Origin: an uncultured Oscillospiraceae bacterium
GTDB taxonomy: Bacteria > Bacillota > Clostridia > Oscillospirales > Oscillospiraceae
NCBI GenBank assembly: GCA_964576195.1
Contig: CAZNUD010000002.1
Coordinates: 4,117 to 68,116 of the forward strand
Reading direction: 5' to 3'
DNA: 64,000 nucleotides
Numbering within the stretch: position 1 is the stretch's first letter; the number at the start of each line of letters is the position of its first letter. Shown in pieces: positions 20,969 through 31,379 of the stretch. The translations under genes and the position numbers were made by a program. Below the pieces are notes generated by a model. That model saw nothing but the letters and a program-made list of their open reading frames with translations. It made no database searches and had not been told where the DNA came from.

Positions 20969-21649
20969 CTATGCAGTTAATGAGAACACCCAGATGACAA
21001 TGTTATATAATCGGTTGAATACGCCGGTGGTGACTGTTGAAAACAGGGACGTTAAAATCTCTGTTGTGCTAACTATAATAATAAGGATTATAATACCATA
21101 GCGCTCGTAACGCATGAGCTTGCTGTATGCCCCGTCCGGCAGAAAAGAAAAAACTACCTTTGAGCCGTCCAGCGGCGGGATGGGGATGCAGTTAAAAATG
21201 GCCAGTGCGCAGCTTAAGTAAGCCGTGGTAATAAGAGCACTCATGATCATCTGCCCGGTCTGTCCCATCGCATACAGCGACTTATATGCCAGGCCGTAAA
21301 TTATCATAATAATCACAGCTAGTATAATGTTTGAAACCGGACCCGCAAGGGCGGTGATGGCCATTCCGGATTTAGGGTGCTTAAAGTTATTCATATTAAC
21401 CGGCACAGGCTTAGCCCAGCCAAAGTGAAGGAATATCATCATAATAAGGCCAACTATGTCTATATGCTTCAAGGGGTTGAGCGTTAAACGGCCAGCGTTT
21501 TTTGCGGTGTTATCGCCCAATTTGTAGGCAACGAAGCCGTGGCTTAGTTCATGGAAGGTGATACAAAGCAAAGCGGGTATTATAGAGATAATTATTTTTG
21601 TAAGAACGCTCCAGTCAAGGCCTGTCCAAAAAGATTTTAGCGTTTCTAT
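20969..21649 (-). CDS. site-2 protease family (peptidase M50) membrane protein
   Basis: HELSHG zinc motif, multi-TM, PPLDGS motif. The 5' end is uncertain: the track starts at TTG 21571, but the frame stays open up to an AAGGGAGG site (see findings). Confidence 0.75.
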   Translation of the reverse strand: METLKSFWTGLDWSVLTKIIISIIPALLCITFHELSHGFVAYKLGDNTAKNAGRLTLNPLKHIDIVGLIMMIFLHFGWAKPVPVNMNNFKHPKSGMAITALAGPVSNIILAVIIMIIYGLAYKSLYAMGQTGQMIMSALITTAYLSCALAIFNCIPIPPLDGSKVVFSFLPDGAYSKLMRYERYGIIILIIIVSTTEILTSLFSTVTTGVFNRLYNIVIWVFSLTA

Positions 21650-21694
21650 GATTGCACCTCCCTTAGCAACTGGACTACTGTTATTTATTTCTTT

Positions 21695-21723
21695 ATTATA
21701 GCAAACAATATGAATAAACGCAA
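21695..21723 (-). promoter_or_regulatory. sigma-A-type promoter for the M50 protease gene
   Basis: Minus strand reads TTGCGT-17 nt-TATAAT. Confidence 0.5.
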
Positions 21724-21784
21724 GAGAGCCAAGGGGCTGACCATAGATAAAATACTATTGTCTGCCTCCCGGCTCTCTGTATTC

Positions 21785-22372
21785 TTACCGTCTGACGTAG
21801 GAAAGGATTTCCGTCATCAGTTCATCACGACCCGTTCCCTTTTCTGCAGAGAAGGGAATTATTCTCACAGTCTCCGGAAGCTCCAAGGTCTGATGAATTA
21901 CTGAAAGATTAGGTTCTATTTCCGTTTTTTTGAGTTTGTCGACTTTATTGGCAACCACCACCATGGGACACTCTGTGGCTTTAAACCAACTTGCCATAGT
22001 AATATCGTCGGCGGTGGGCTTATGGCGGGAATCAACAATCATTACGCCAAGAGTAATAAGGTCGTTACGGGCAAAAAATTGCTCCATAAGGCGGCCCCAG
22101 CGGTCTTTTTCTGCTTTTGAAACCTTTGCATAGCCATAGCCGGGCAGGTCCACAAAATACGCCTTTTTATCAATAAAAAAGTAATTTACATGGACGGTTT
22201 TACCGGGAGACTGTCCAACACGGGCAAAGTTTTTGCGGGTCAAAAGCCTATTTATCACTGAGGATTTCCCCACGTTAGACTTGCCGGAAAAAACGATTGT
22301 GGGCATCGTTGCAATGATAAAATCCTTAGGGCTGGCAGCAGATTTGATAAACTCAGCATTATTAATATTCAT
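21785..22372 (-). CDS. engB: ribosome biogenesis GTP-binding protein YsxC/EngB
   Basis: GKSNVGKSS G1 motif, DLPGYG G3, NKVDK G4; follows lon as in Bacillus. Confidence 0.92.
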   Translation of the reverse strand: MNINNAEFIKSAASPKDFIIATMPTIVFSGKSNVGKSSVINRLLTRKNFARVGQSPGKTVHVNYFFIDKKAYFVDLPGYGYAKVSKAEKDRWGRLMEQFFARNDLITLGVMIVDSRHKPTADDITMASWFKATECPMVVVANKVDKLKKTEIEPNLSVIHQTLELPETVRIIPFSAEKGTGRDELMTEILSYVRR

Positions 22373-22379
22373 TGAGCAC

Positions 22380-24809
22380 CTACTGCTTTACTGCGGTGGA
22401 GCAAATGGTTTTACTCTCCCGGACAGGCGCAACACCGTCCTCAGAGAGAATTTCCACGTGCTCGCTTTGCTTAATCTCACGGTTAAGCGCAATGCTTAAC
22501 ACCTTGTCAATATGGTCAGTTACAACAAAGTTCAAAGCGGAGCGAACTGTTTGGTCTATATCTTCCAGGTCCTTTTCGTTGTCAGCGGGGATTATGACAG
22601 TTTTTATGCCGCTTCGCAATGCTGCCATGGTTTTTTCCCGCAGGCCGCCTATAGGCAGCACCCTGCCGCGAAGGGTTATTTCGCCGGTCATGGCAACATC
22701 ACGGCGGACAGGGGTTTTTGTAAGGGCAGAAATAAGAGCTATGCACATGGTAATACCAGCGGAAGGGCCGTCCTTAGGTATGGCCCCCTCCGGGAAATGG
22801 ATGTGGATGTCTTTGGTTTTATGAAAGTCCGGAGATATGCCCAATGCATCTACGCGGCTGCGGATATATGAAACCGCCGCTTTTGCCGACTCCTTCATAA
22901 CGTCGCCCAAATTGCCCGTAAGATCAAGCTCGCCGGAACCTTCAAGGATACTTACCTCAACATCAAGAACAGTGCCGCCCACAGAAGTCCAAGCTAGGCC
23001 TCGCACAAGTCCCACTTCATCAGCGGGGGCAAGGGTGTCGGGCTTATACTTGGCCGGGCCGAGTATATCCTGAAGCATACCGGCCTTAATACTTAATGAT
23101 TTACACTGCCCGTCAGCAATGCGCTTAGCGGTTTTTCGGCATAGGGCAGCCAATTGGCGCTCAAGAATTCGAACGCCGGATTCTTTGGTGTATTCTTCTA
23201 TAAGTTCCCTCACTGCGTCGTTGCTGATTTTAAGCTGTGTAGCGGAAAGGCCGTGCTTCTTGCGCTGCTTAGGCAGGAGGTGGCCATTGGCAATCCTAAG
23301 CTTTTCCTCGTCGGTGTAACTGGATAGCTCGATAACCTCCATGCGGTCAAGAAGTGCTCTGGGAATAGTATCAGTGGTGTTCGCAGTAGTGATGAAAAGG
23401 GCATTTGAGAGGTCAAAGGGTATCTCCAAATAATGGTCGCGGAAGGCATAATTCTGCTCGGCATCCAAGGCTTCGAGAAGCGCTGCTGCAGGGTCGCCGC
23501 GGTAATCGCTGGCTAATTTATCAATCTCATCAAGAAGCATCAAGGGGTTAGAGCTTTTTGCCTGAGTAAGCCCTGCAATTATGCGGCCGGGCATGGCGCC
23601 AATATAGGTTTTGCGGTGACCGCGAATTTCTGCCTCGTCATGAACTCCGCCAAGAGAAATCCTGGCAAGCTTTCGGTTTGTGGCCTTGGCTATGCTTATG
23701 GCAATACTTGTTTTGCCTGTGCCCGGGGGGCCGACTAAGCACAGCACCGTACCTTTAAGCTCGGGAGCGAGTTGACGCACAGCAAGATGCTCAATAATTC
23801 TATCCTTGACCTTCTCCAGTCCGAAGTGGTCATTATCAAGAATCTTGCGCGCCTTAGTGATGTTAATAGTTTCGCGAGTAGATTTGTTCCAGGGCAGGTC
23901 AAGACAGGTATCAAGATATGCGCGGATAACAGCGCTTTCCGAGGAGCCAAAGGGCTGTTTCGAAAGGTGTGACAGCTCCTTTAAGAGCTTCTCTGTTATC
24001 TCATCGCTAAGATTAAGAGAAATGATTCTTTTGCGGTATTCCCGCAAATCATTCATGGAATCATCCTGCTCGCCCAACTCCGCCTGAATAAGCTTTAGCT
24101 GCTCGCGGAGATAAAACTCCTTCTGGTTGCGGCGCATCTGCTCCTGTGTTCGCTCATTCAAGTCCTGCTCAATGGATAAAATCGCTACTTCACGGGCTAG
24201 AAAGCGATTAAGCAGCGAAATTCTCTGAAGCGGCCGAGCCTCCTCCAAAACCTGCTGCTTTTTGTCCGGACGCATATATATATTCTGGGTGATGTAGTCA
24301 GCTACAAAGCTCGGGTCATCGGAGCCTGCAATTTTTGAAAGCATTTCCGGCGGAAGGGAACCGATTTGGTGGGCATAGTCGTCAAAAAGCGTTACACACT
24401 GACGGATAAGAGCTTCAGCCTTGGTGCGCGAGTATTTTGTGCTCTCCTCCAAGGGTGCAACTTCCGCAAAGTTGTATTGTTCGCCAGATGCAAAGTTAAC
24501 TAGGCGCGCACGGCGAATACCCTCCACAAGCACACGAATACCATCTGTTCCTGGTATGCGAAGAAGCTGCTTTATTATGCAGAGAGTTCCCACTTGGTAG
24601 AGATCATCCTTTGTGGGAAGCTCCTTCGAAATGTCATTTTGAGCGATAATAAAAATAATGCGGTTGGTGCTCATGGCTGCCTCGAGGGCGGCAACGGAGC
24701 GGTTTCGTACCACATCAAAGTTTATAATCATAGCGGGAAACACAGAGAGTCCGCGCATGGGCAAGAGAGGATATCCCTCAAGCTCCGGAGCATTTATTAT
24801 TCCGTTCAT
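22380..24809 (-). CDS. lon: ATP-dependent Lon protease
   Basis: GPPGTGKTS Walker A, PKDGPSAG catalytic Ser region. Start set at the MNGIINAPE ATG (24809) after AAAGGAGG. Confidence 0.93.
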   Translation of the reverse strand: MNGIINAPELEGYPLLPMRGLSVFPAMIINFDVVRNRSVAALEAAMSTNRIIFIIAQNDISKELPTKDDLYQVGTLCIIKQLLRIPGTDGIRVLVEGIRRARLVNFASGEQYNFAEVAPLEESTKYSRTKAEALIRQCVTLFDDYAHQIGSLPPEMLSKIAGSDDPSFVADYITQNIYMRPDKKQQVLEEARPLQRISLLNRFLAREVAILSIEQDLNERTQEQMRRNQKEFYLREQLKLIQAELGEQDDSMNDLREYRKRIISLNLSDEITEKLLKELSHLSKQPFGSSESAVIRAYLDTCLDLPWNKSTRETINITKARKILDNDHFGLEKVKDRIIEHLAVRQLAPELKGTVLCLVGPPGTGKTSIAISIAKATNRKLARISLGGVHDEAEIRGHRKTYIGAMPGRIIAGLTQAKSSNPLMLLDEIDKLASDYRGDPAAALLEALDAEQNYAFRDHYLEIPFDLSNALFITTANTTDTIPRALLDRMEVIELSSYTDEEKLRIANGHLLPKQRKKHGLSATQLKISNDAVRELIEEYTKESGVRILERQLAALCRKTAKRIADGQCKSLSIKAGMLQDILGPAKYKPDTLAPADEVGLVRGLAWTSVGGTVLDVEVSILEGSGELDLTGNLGDVMKESAKAAVSYIRSRVDALGISPDFHKTKDIHIHFPEGAIPKDGPSAGITMCIALISALTKTPVRRDVAMTGEITLRGRVLPIGGLREKTMAALRSGIKTVIIPADNEKDLEDIDQTVRSALNFVVTDHIDKVLSIALNREIKQSEHVEILSEDGVAPVRESKTICSTAVKQ

Positions 24810-24833
24810 TTTGTCCTCCTTTCGAGGGCTTTT

Positions 24834-24864
24834 AAAAGAGCCGCACAGCATGTGCGGCTCTTTT
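24834..24864 (-). terminator. intrinsic terminator between clpX and lon
   Basis: Stem GAGCCGCAC / GTGCGGCTC flanked by an A4/T4 run. Confidence 0.65.
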
Positions 24865-24908
24865 AATAATGGCACATACGCAGAGATTGTATCATTTATG
24901 GTATTCGC

Positions 24909-26174
24909 TTATGCGCCTTTTTTGTGCACGATGGGCGAAGTGCCGCTTTTTACACAATCTGCTGTAATAACCACTTGAGTAATACTGGGGTCCGAGGGTG
25001 CGGCATACATAACGTCTGTCATAATGTTTTCCATAACGCTTCTAAGGCCGCGGGCGCCTATCTCCATATCAATTGCTTTGTCAGCAACAGCTTCAAGGGC
25101 GTCATCCTCAAAAATCAGCTCAACCTGGTCGTAGCCCAAAAGTGCCACGTACTGCTTGGTTAAAGCGTTTTTCGGCTCCGTTAGTATGCGGATAAGGTCC
25201 TCCTTCTTAAGGGATCCCAGTGGAGCAATAATCGGCATGCGGCCAATAAGCTCAGGTATAATTCCGAACTTCATAAGGTCGTGAGGTTGAATTTCTTGCA
25301 TTGTTGCGCCCACGTCGCGCTCTTTTTTGCTCTTAATTTCCGCGCCAAAACCCATGCTCTTTCTGTTTAAACGTTTTTCAACGATTTTCTCAATTCCGTC
25401 AAAGGCACCGCCGCAGATAAAGAGAATATTAGTTGTATCTATTTTTATAAACTCCTGATGAGGGTGCTTGCGTCCTCCCTGAGGGGGAACGTTGGCCACG
25501 GTGCCTTCAAGAATTTTCAAAAGAGCCTGCTGAACACCTTCACCGGAAACATCACGGGTGATGGAGGTGTTTTCACTTTTACGGGATATTTTGTCTAGCT
25601 CGTCAATATAGATGATGCCGTGCTGAGCCTTTTCAACGTCAAAATCCGCCGCCTGCAAAAGGCGGAGCAAAATGTTCTCTACGTCCTCGCCCACATAGCC
25701 GGCCTCTGTGAGGGTTGTTGCGTCAGCTATTGCAAAAGGAACATCAAGCATCTTAGCCATGGTTTGGGCAAAAAGGGTTTTGCCGCTGCCGGTGGGACCC
25801 ACCAGAAGTATATTGCCCTTTTGAAGCTCAATATCGTTGGCTTTGCCGTAAAGAATGCGCTTATAGTGGTTATAAACCGCAACTGATAAAGTTACCTTTG
25901 CTTTTTCCTGGCCTATGATGTATTCATCAAGGGCCTTGCGGATTTCTGCAGGTTTGGGAAGGTTTGCCTGATTCAGACCAAAATGGCTGTAATCAGGCCC
26001 GGTGATGCTCTCACCGTTATCGGAGGTGTAGTTATCGTCAATAATGCTCATGCATAGTCGAACGCATTCATCGCATATATATGAGCCGTTACCGGCTATC
26101 ATACGCTCAACCAAAGGCTGGGGCTTGCCGCAAAAGCTACACTTAATATTGTTGTTTTCTTCAAACTTAGGCAT
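24909..26174 (-). CDS. clpX: ATP-dependent Clp protease ATP-binding subunit ClpX
   Basis: N-terminal zinc finger CSFCGK..CDEC, Walker [17 protein letters not shown]. Confidence 0.95.
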   Translation of the reverse strand: MPKFEENNNIKCSFCGKPQPLVERMIAGNGSYICDECVRLCMSIIDDNYTSDNGESITGPDYSHFGLNQANLPKPAEIRKALDEYIIGQEKAKVTLSVAVYNHYKRILYGKANDIELQKGNILLVGPTGSGKTLFAQTMAKMLDVPFAIADATTLTEAGYVGEDVENILLRLLQAADFDVEKAQHGIIYIDELDKISRKSENTSITRDVSGEGVQQALLKILEGTVANVPPQGGRKHPHQEFIKIDTTNILFICGGAFDGIEKIVEKRLNRKSMGFGAEIKSKKERDVGATMQEIQPHDLMKFGIIPELIGRMPIIAPLGSLKKEDLIRILTEPKNALTKQYVALLGYDQVELIFEDDALEAVADKAIDMEIGARGLRSVMENIMTDVMYAAPSDPSITQVVITADCVKSGTSPIVHKKGA

Positions 26175-26210
26175 ACTGTCCTCTTTATTGATTAATTGAA
26201 TGCTGAGGCA

Positions 26211-26795
26211 TTACTGGCGGCTATAGATTACCTTATCAATTAGTCCGTATTCAATAGCCTCCTCAGCGGTCATGAAGTTGTCGCGCTCGCAGTCGTTGGT
26301 GACAACTTCAAGGGGCTTACCTGTGTTTCTGCTCAAAATTTCGTTCATACGCTTCTTAATGGTCTCCAACCGCTTAAGGTGGATGGCCATATCGGTGATT
26401 TGGCCTTGGGTTCCGGCAGAGGGCTGGTGAATCATTATTTCGGAGTTAGGAAGAGCAAGTCGCTTTCCCTTGGCCCCGGAAGAGAGCAGGAACGCTCCCA
26501 TGGATGCGGCAAGACCAATGCATATGGTGGAAACATCGGGCTTAATATACTGCATTGTGTCGTATATCGCCATTCCTGCAGTAACGGCACCGCCGGGACT
26601 GTTTATATAGAATTGTATGTCCTTGTCCGGGTCCTGTGCTTCAAGATATAAAAACTGGGCAACGATAAGACTGGCGGTTGTGTCGTTGACTTCTTCGGAG
26701 AGCATTACTATGCGGTCGTTGAGAAGTCTTGAAAAGATATCGTAAGAACGTTCTCCGCGAGAGGTCTGCTCAACAACATAGGGTACTAAACTCAT
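26211..26795 (-). CDS. clpP: ATP-dependent Clp protease proteolytic subunit
   Basis: [11 protein letters not shown] (Ser), MIHQP (His). Start set at the [13 protein letters not shown] after AAGGAGA. Confidence 0.93.
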   Translation of the reverse strand: MSLVPYVVEQTSRGERSYDIFSRLLNDRIVMLSEEVNDTTASLIVAQFLYLEAQDPDKDIQFYINSPGGAVTAGMAIYDTMQYIKPDVSTICIGLAASMGAFLLSSGAKGKRLALPNSEIMIHQPSAGTQGQITDMAIHLKRLETIKKRMNEILSRNTGKPLEVVTNDCERDNFMTAEEAIEYGLIDKVIYSRQ

Positions 26796-26896
26796 TTGTG
26801 CATTCTCCTTTTCACAATTACTCAAAAACATATCCATATTATCCCCCAATTATACCGTTGGCCGCTTAGCCGGACAGCATTGTATGCGTGAGGGAT

Positions 26897-28393
26897 TTAT
26901 TCGGTGTCTGCCTTCGGGGCAGCCTTTTTCTTTGCCGCCTTGGGGGCTTCTTTGCCTTCGGGGGCATCTGCCTTCTTGGTAGTTTTCTTTGCGGCAGGCT
27001 TTTTCTCTGCCTTCTCATCCGCCGCTTCTTGATTATCTACATCGTCGGTCTTCTTGGTGGTCTTTTTAGCGGAAGGCTTCTTGGCAGTCTTCTTCTCTTC
27101 TTTCTCGCCCTCCTCAGGAGCACCGGCAACAGCGGTTTCAAGGATAAGGTCGCTAGCCTTCTTCTTAGCCATATCCTCTCGCATTGAGTCTGCGGGGATG
27201 GTGGTCTTTATTTGCTCAACTGTTGTGCGATAGCTTTCGGCTATCTTTTCAATGGTTTCATCTAACTCAGCATCGGTAACTTCAATGTTCTCAGCCTTCA
27301 CAACTGCCTTGAGTAGGATTTCGGTCTTAACCTGAGCCTCGGCCTGAGGACGAAGCATATCCTGGAAGCCTGCAAGATCCATTCCGGTCATGCGGATATA
27401 CTCCTCAAGCCGGATGCCCTGAGACATGAAACGCTGATCATAATCGCTCATAATGTTAAGAAGCTGTTCTTCGATCATGGTTTCGGGTATGTCGCAGGTC
27501 ATGTTGTTGGCAGCCTTTTCAAGGACCTTGTAGCCAAAGGCCTCCTCAACGGCCTTGTCGCGCTGGGTGGTAAGCTCTTCCCTGATGGCAGTCTTGTATT
27601 CATCCATTGTGTCAAACTCAGAAACGTCCTTTGCAAACTCGTCGTCCACATTGGGAAGCTCAGTTTCCAGAACGTCGTGTACCTTGACCTTAAATACAGC
27701 GTCTTTGCTTGCCAGATCAGACTGATAATCTTCTGGGAAAGTGATGTTAATGTCCTTTTCGTCGCCGGACTTCATCCCAACAAGCTGCTCTTCAAAACCG
27801 GGAATAAACTGGCCGGAGCCAAGCTCCAGACTATGGTTTTCGGCTTTGCCTCCGTCAAAACGCTCACCGTCAAGGTAGCCGTCAAAGTCAATAACTGCGG
27901 TATCACCAATTTTTGCCTCACGGTCAACGGAAATCTGGCGGGAGTTGCGATTTCGCATTTCTTCGATATATTTGTCGACGTCAGCTTCGGTGATGGTTTT
28001 GTCCTCCTTGGGAGCCTCAACACCCTTATATTGTCCGAGGGTCACCTCGGGATAGAGAGCGGTTGAAAAGTCAATGGTGAGAACCTTATCGTCGTCAATA
28101 TTGGCAGCGGTCAGCTCAGGACGTCCAACAGTTTCAAGCTTCTCCTGCTCAGTAGCAAACTTGAAGGCTTCTGGTGCTATGCCCTCGATGGCATCATCAT
28201 AAAAAACACTTGCGCCGTACATGCCCTCTATGACCATTCTGGGTGCTTTGCCCTTGCGGAAGCCGGGAACTGTAATTGTCTTCTTGTTTCTCAAATATGC
28301 GTCATTTACAGCCAGATCAAATTCGTCCTTATTGATCTCAACCTGAAAAGTGATTGCATTTTTTTCTTTATTTTCGATGTTTTTGACGAGCAT
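26897..28393 (-). CDS. tig: trigger factor with a lysine-rich C-terminal extension
   Basis: GFRKGKAP ribosome-binding signature and an FKBP domain. Start at ATG 28393 after AGGAGGAATAAACCC. The last ~75 aa are a K/A/E/T low-complexity tail. Confidence 0.9.
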   Translation of the reverse strand: MLVKNIENKEKNAITFQVEINKDEFDLAVNDAYLRNKKTITVPGFRKGKAPRMVIEGMYGASVFYDDAIEGIAPEAFKFATEQEKLETVGRPELTAANIDDDKVLTIDFSTALYPEVTLGQYKGVEAPKEDKTITEADVDKYIEEMRNRNSRQISVDREAKIGDTAVIDFDGYLDGERFDGGKAENHSLELGSGQFIPGFEEQLVGMKSGDEKDINITFPEDYQSDLASKDAVFKVKVHDVLETELPNVDDEFAKDVSEFDTMDEYKTAIREELTTQRDKAVEEAFGYKVLEKAANNMTCDIPETMIEEQLLNIMSDYDQRFMSQGIRLEEYIRMTGMDLAGFQDMLRPQAEAQVKTEILLKAVVKAENIEVTDAELDETIEKIAESYRTTVEQIKTTIPADSMREDMAKKKASDLILETAVAGAPEEGEKEEKKTAKKPSAKKTTKKTDDVDNQEAADEKAEKKPAAKKTTKKADAPEGKEAPKAAKKKAAPKADTE

Positions 28394-28516
28394 TGGGTTT
28401 ATTCCTCCTACTATTTCCATCGGCATAGTATCCGATGCTAACAAATTACATAAGCTGTATTGTAACAGATGTATACATTAATTGCAAACACTTTTTGTGA
28501 ACTTTTTCATTAATGC

Positions 28517-29209
28517 TCAGGGTAAAACCAATTGTGGCTTAAAGCTTACATGGTCGGCTGATACCATACGATAATACACGCCCCTGTATTCTCCCTCAAA
28601 TACATTGCGCAGACTGTGCCCGTGGATGTGGCCGGCATAGCAGCTTTTCACATCGTATCGCAAGAATAGCGCGAGTATCTCCTCGCAGGTGTAACTGCCG
28701 AATTTCGGAGGGTAATGTAAAAATACGTGCTTTTCTCTGTCTCCAGCCGCTTTAAGGGAGGTCTCAAGGCGAATAAGCTCGCGGTTAATTATCTTTTTAT
28801 CGTGGGCTGAACCAGTTTCCTCTTCGTAAAACCAGCCACGAGTGCCGCAGATGGCGGCATTTTCTCCGTAGGGGAAAAAGTTATTATTGAGGATATCAAT
28901 AGAAGTGATACCCTGGGCGGCAAAAAAAAACTTAGCCTTTGTAGCCGTTGTCCACCAATAGTCATGGTTTCCCTTAAGAACGATTTTTTTGCCAGGAAAG
29001 CTGTCAATCAGCTTAAAGTCCTCCCGTGCCTCATCTAAATTCATGCCCCATGTCAAGTCGCCACAGATAACCGTAGTATCATCATCCTTGAGGGTAGAAA
29101 AACCATCAACAAGACGTTGGGTGTGGTTTTCCCATGCGGGGCCGAAAATGTCCATGGGTTTATTGGAGGTAGTAGATAGGTGCAGATCACCTATTGTGTA
29201 AAGAGACAT
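28517..29209 (-). CDS. metallophosphoesterase family protein
   Basis: GDLHLS, GDLTWG, GNHDYWW, GHIHG motifs. Confidence 0.85.
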   Translation of the reverse strand: MSLYTIGDLHLSTTSNKPMDIFGPAWENHTQRLVDGFSTLKDDDTTVICGDLTWGMNLDEAREDFKLIDSFPGKKIVLKGNHDYWWTTATKAKFFFAAQGITSIDILNNNFFPYGENAAICGTRGWFYEEETGSAHDKKIINRELIRLETSLKAAGDREKHVFLHYPPKFGSYTCEEILALFLRYDVKSCYAGHIHGHSLRNVFEGEYRGVYYRMVSADHVSFKPQLVLP

Positions 29210-29294
29210 AGCTCACTCCCGAATAAATAATGCTTAAACGAAAATACTAACTTCATCCGGCAGAGCCGGAAAACACACTATGGAGGCAGATTAA

Positions 29295-29489
29295 TTGAAC
29301 AGTAACTACAAAAGCGGAAGCAGCGGAGGAGATTGCATCAACGGAGTTTCCTGTGATGCATCCAACTGCATCTATCACACACCGGGCAACTACTGCAAGG
29401 CGCAGCGTATCAGAGTTGAAAATGAAAATGCGGAAATGAAGGTAGAAACCTTCTGCTCAACCTTTGCCCCCAAGGATAGCCTTAGTTAA
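29295..29489 (+). CDS. DUF1540 cysteine-rich small protein
   Basis: 64 aa, TTG start after GGAGG. The C..V.C....C.YH....C.A..I.V......T.C.TF pattern is typical of DUF1540. Confidence 0.65.
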   Translation: MNSNYKSGSSGGDCINGVSCDASNCIYHTPGNYCKAQRIRVENENAEMKVETFCSTFAPKDSLS

Positions 29490-29492
29490 ATT

Positions 29493-29513
29493 ATGGGCGG
29501 CTTTGCCGCCCAT
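29493..29513. terminator. shared hairpin between convergent DUF1540 gene and thrC
   Basis: 8-bp stem ATGGGCGG / CCGCCCAT with a 5-nt loop, 4-5 nt from both stop codons. U-tracts are weak. Confidence 0.5.
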
Positions 29514-29518
29514 ACATA

Positions 29519-30997
29519 TTATTTTATCAGGAAGTTCCTGACCACCTCGCTCATTTTCTCCTTGGGTGTGCACTGTTTAAATCTGATTTCCCGCTTATCA
29601 AGGCCCGTCAGCGGTGCGGGGATCTTAACATTGCTGACCTTTTCCAAAGTCTCAATAAGCTGCGCCCCGGGAAGTGAATTCTCTTCACCCAGAGCCTTAA
29701 GAACGCTGTCAGAAAATTTGAAGGGGCTGGCTGTGGAAATAATTACCGTGGGAAATCTGCCCTCTGCTGCCCGGCGCTTTTGCAACACCGCGTAGGCGGT
29801 GGCGGTGTGCGTATCTATAAGGTAGCCGTTCTTTTTATAAAGCTCATCTATTGCAGACATGGCCTCTTTATCCTCAGCATATCCGCAGTCGAAATCTGAC
29901 TGAATGGCTTTTAAGGTTTCAGGAGAAACGAAATATTTGCCGGTGGTCTTCAAGTCGTTCATCCAGCCCTTAACAGAGTTTTCATCGGAGCACATAAACA
30001 GCAGACGCTCTAAGTTTGAGGACACCAGAATGTCCATAGACGGAGAAATTGTTGCGTGGAAGGGGCGCTTCTTATCATAAACTCCGGTGCTGATAAAGTC
30101 GGTTAAAACATTGTTACAGTTGGAGGCACAGATAAGCTTGCGAACGGGCAGGCCCATTTTTTTTGCATACCAGCCCGCAAGAATGTCGCCAAAGTTGCCG
30201 GTGGGAACGCAAAAGTCCAATTCCTCCCCCATTTTTATTTTACCCGCATTTACGCAGTCACAGTATGCGGAAAAATAATAGACCACCTGCGGAAGCAGTC
30301 TGCCCCAGTTAATGGAGTTGGCCGAGGACAGGAAAAAGCCGTTTTTATTAAGCTCGTCAGCAAAATCCTTGTCACTGAAAATCTTCTTCACACCGGTCTG
30401 GGCATCGTCAAAGTTTCCCTCAACAGCACAGACTCCAACGTTTTCGCCCTGCTGGGTGGTCATCTGAAGTCCTTGAACGTCGGATACACCGTCACGGGGA
30501 TAGAAAACCATTATGGAAGTGCCGTCAACGTCGGCAAAGCCCTCAAGGGCGGCCTTTCCCGTGTCTCCTGAGGTGGCTACAAGAATGCATACCTTGCGTG
30601 TCTCGCCAAGCTTGGAAAGGGATGCTGTAAGAAGGCGGGGAAGCATTTGCAGAGCCATGTCCTTAAAGGCGCAAGTAGGGCCATGAAACAGCTCCAAAAA
30701 ATAAGTCTCGTCATCTAAATAATGGGTGGGAGCTATTTCTTTGTTATCAAAATTGTCGGAATAAGCATCATTGACAAAGGCACGAAGCTCATCGGAATTG
30801 AATTCCTCAAGGTATTTGCCCATAATGAATACTGCGCGCTCCTTATAGTCCACATAACAGAGACTTTTCAGCTCAGATATGTTCACGGCGGGAATGGTCT
30901 CGGGTACAAATAGTCCACCGTCCGACGCAAGGCCCTGAGCTATAGCCTCCGCGGCGGTTGCAACATTTTTCTTGTCTCTGGTGCTGTAATACTTCAT
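29519..30997 (-). CDS. thrC: threonine synthase (long form)
   Basis: 492 aa, PLP-lysine region PTCAFKDMALQ, SGDTGKAA. Confidence 0.9.
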   Translation of the reverse strand: MKYYSTRDKKNVATAAEAIAQGLASDGGLFVPETIPAVNISELKSLCYVDYKERAVFIMGKYLEEFNSDELRAFVNDAYSDNFDNKEIAPTHYLDDETYFLELFHGPTCAFKDMALQMLPRLLTASLSKLGETRKVCILVATSGDTGKAALEGFADVDGTSIMVFYPRDGVSDVQGLQMTTQQGENVGVCAVEGNFDDAQTGVKKIFSDKDFADELNKNGFFLSSANSINWGRLLPQVVYYFSAYCDCVNAGKIKMGEELDFCVPTGNFGDILAGWYAKKMGLPVRKLICASNCNNVLTDFISTGVYDKKRPFHATISPSMDILVSSNLERLLFMCSDENSVKGWMNDLKTTGKYFVSPETLKAIQSDFDCGYAEDKEAMSAIDELYKKNGYLIDTHTATAYAVLQKRRAAEGRFPTVIISTASPFKFSDSVLKALGEENSLPGAQLIETLEKVSNVKIPAPLTGLDKREIRFKQCTPKEKMSEVVRNFLIK

Positions 30998-31013
30998 GTT
31001 GGGTGCTCCTTAC

Positions 31014-31379
31014 TTACTCAAATGCATTTTCTATATGGTTAATAGTAATCCTTTTGGATTTTGGGCCATCGGGGGCGTAGATTTCAATGACATCAAAGCG
31101 CGGCTGTAGCTCTGTTTGGTTTTTTGAGAGCCATAATGAGGCGGTTTTAATTATTCTCAGTTGCTTTGCACGGGTTACAAATTCTCTTGCCTGGGCAAAG
31201 CTTGCGTTCTTGCGAAGCTTTACCTCCACGAATACAATGAATTCGCGGTTTTTGGCGATAATGTCTATCTCACCCATGCGGCATGTATAATTTGCGGCTA
31301 CCAGCTTATAGTGCTTTTCCTTCAAATACTCCCCTGCCGTCTGCTCACCCCAATGTCCTACAAGGCGTGCTTCCATCAC
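31014..31379 (-). CDS. YraN family (UPF0102) endonuclease-like protein
   Basis: 121 aa, GEIDIIA...FVEVK core; follows rnhB as in many Firmicutes. Confidence 0.85.
   Translation of the reverse strand: MMEARLVGHWGEQTAGEYLKEKHYKLVAANYTCRMGEIDIIAKNREFIVFVEVKLRKNASFAQAREFVTRAKQLRIIKTASLWLSKNQTELQPRFDVIEIYAPDGPKSKRITINHIENAFE

Noticed and set aside
26888-27187. 99-aa plus-strand Leu/Gly/Phe-rich ORF
   Set aside because: It is an antisense artefact of the lysine-rich (AAG/AAA) tail of trigger factor.
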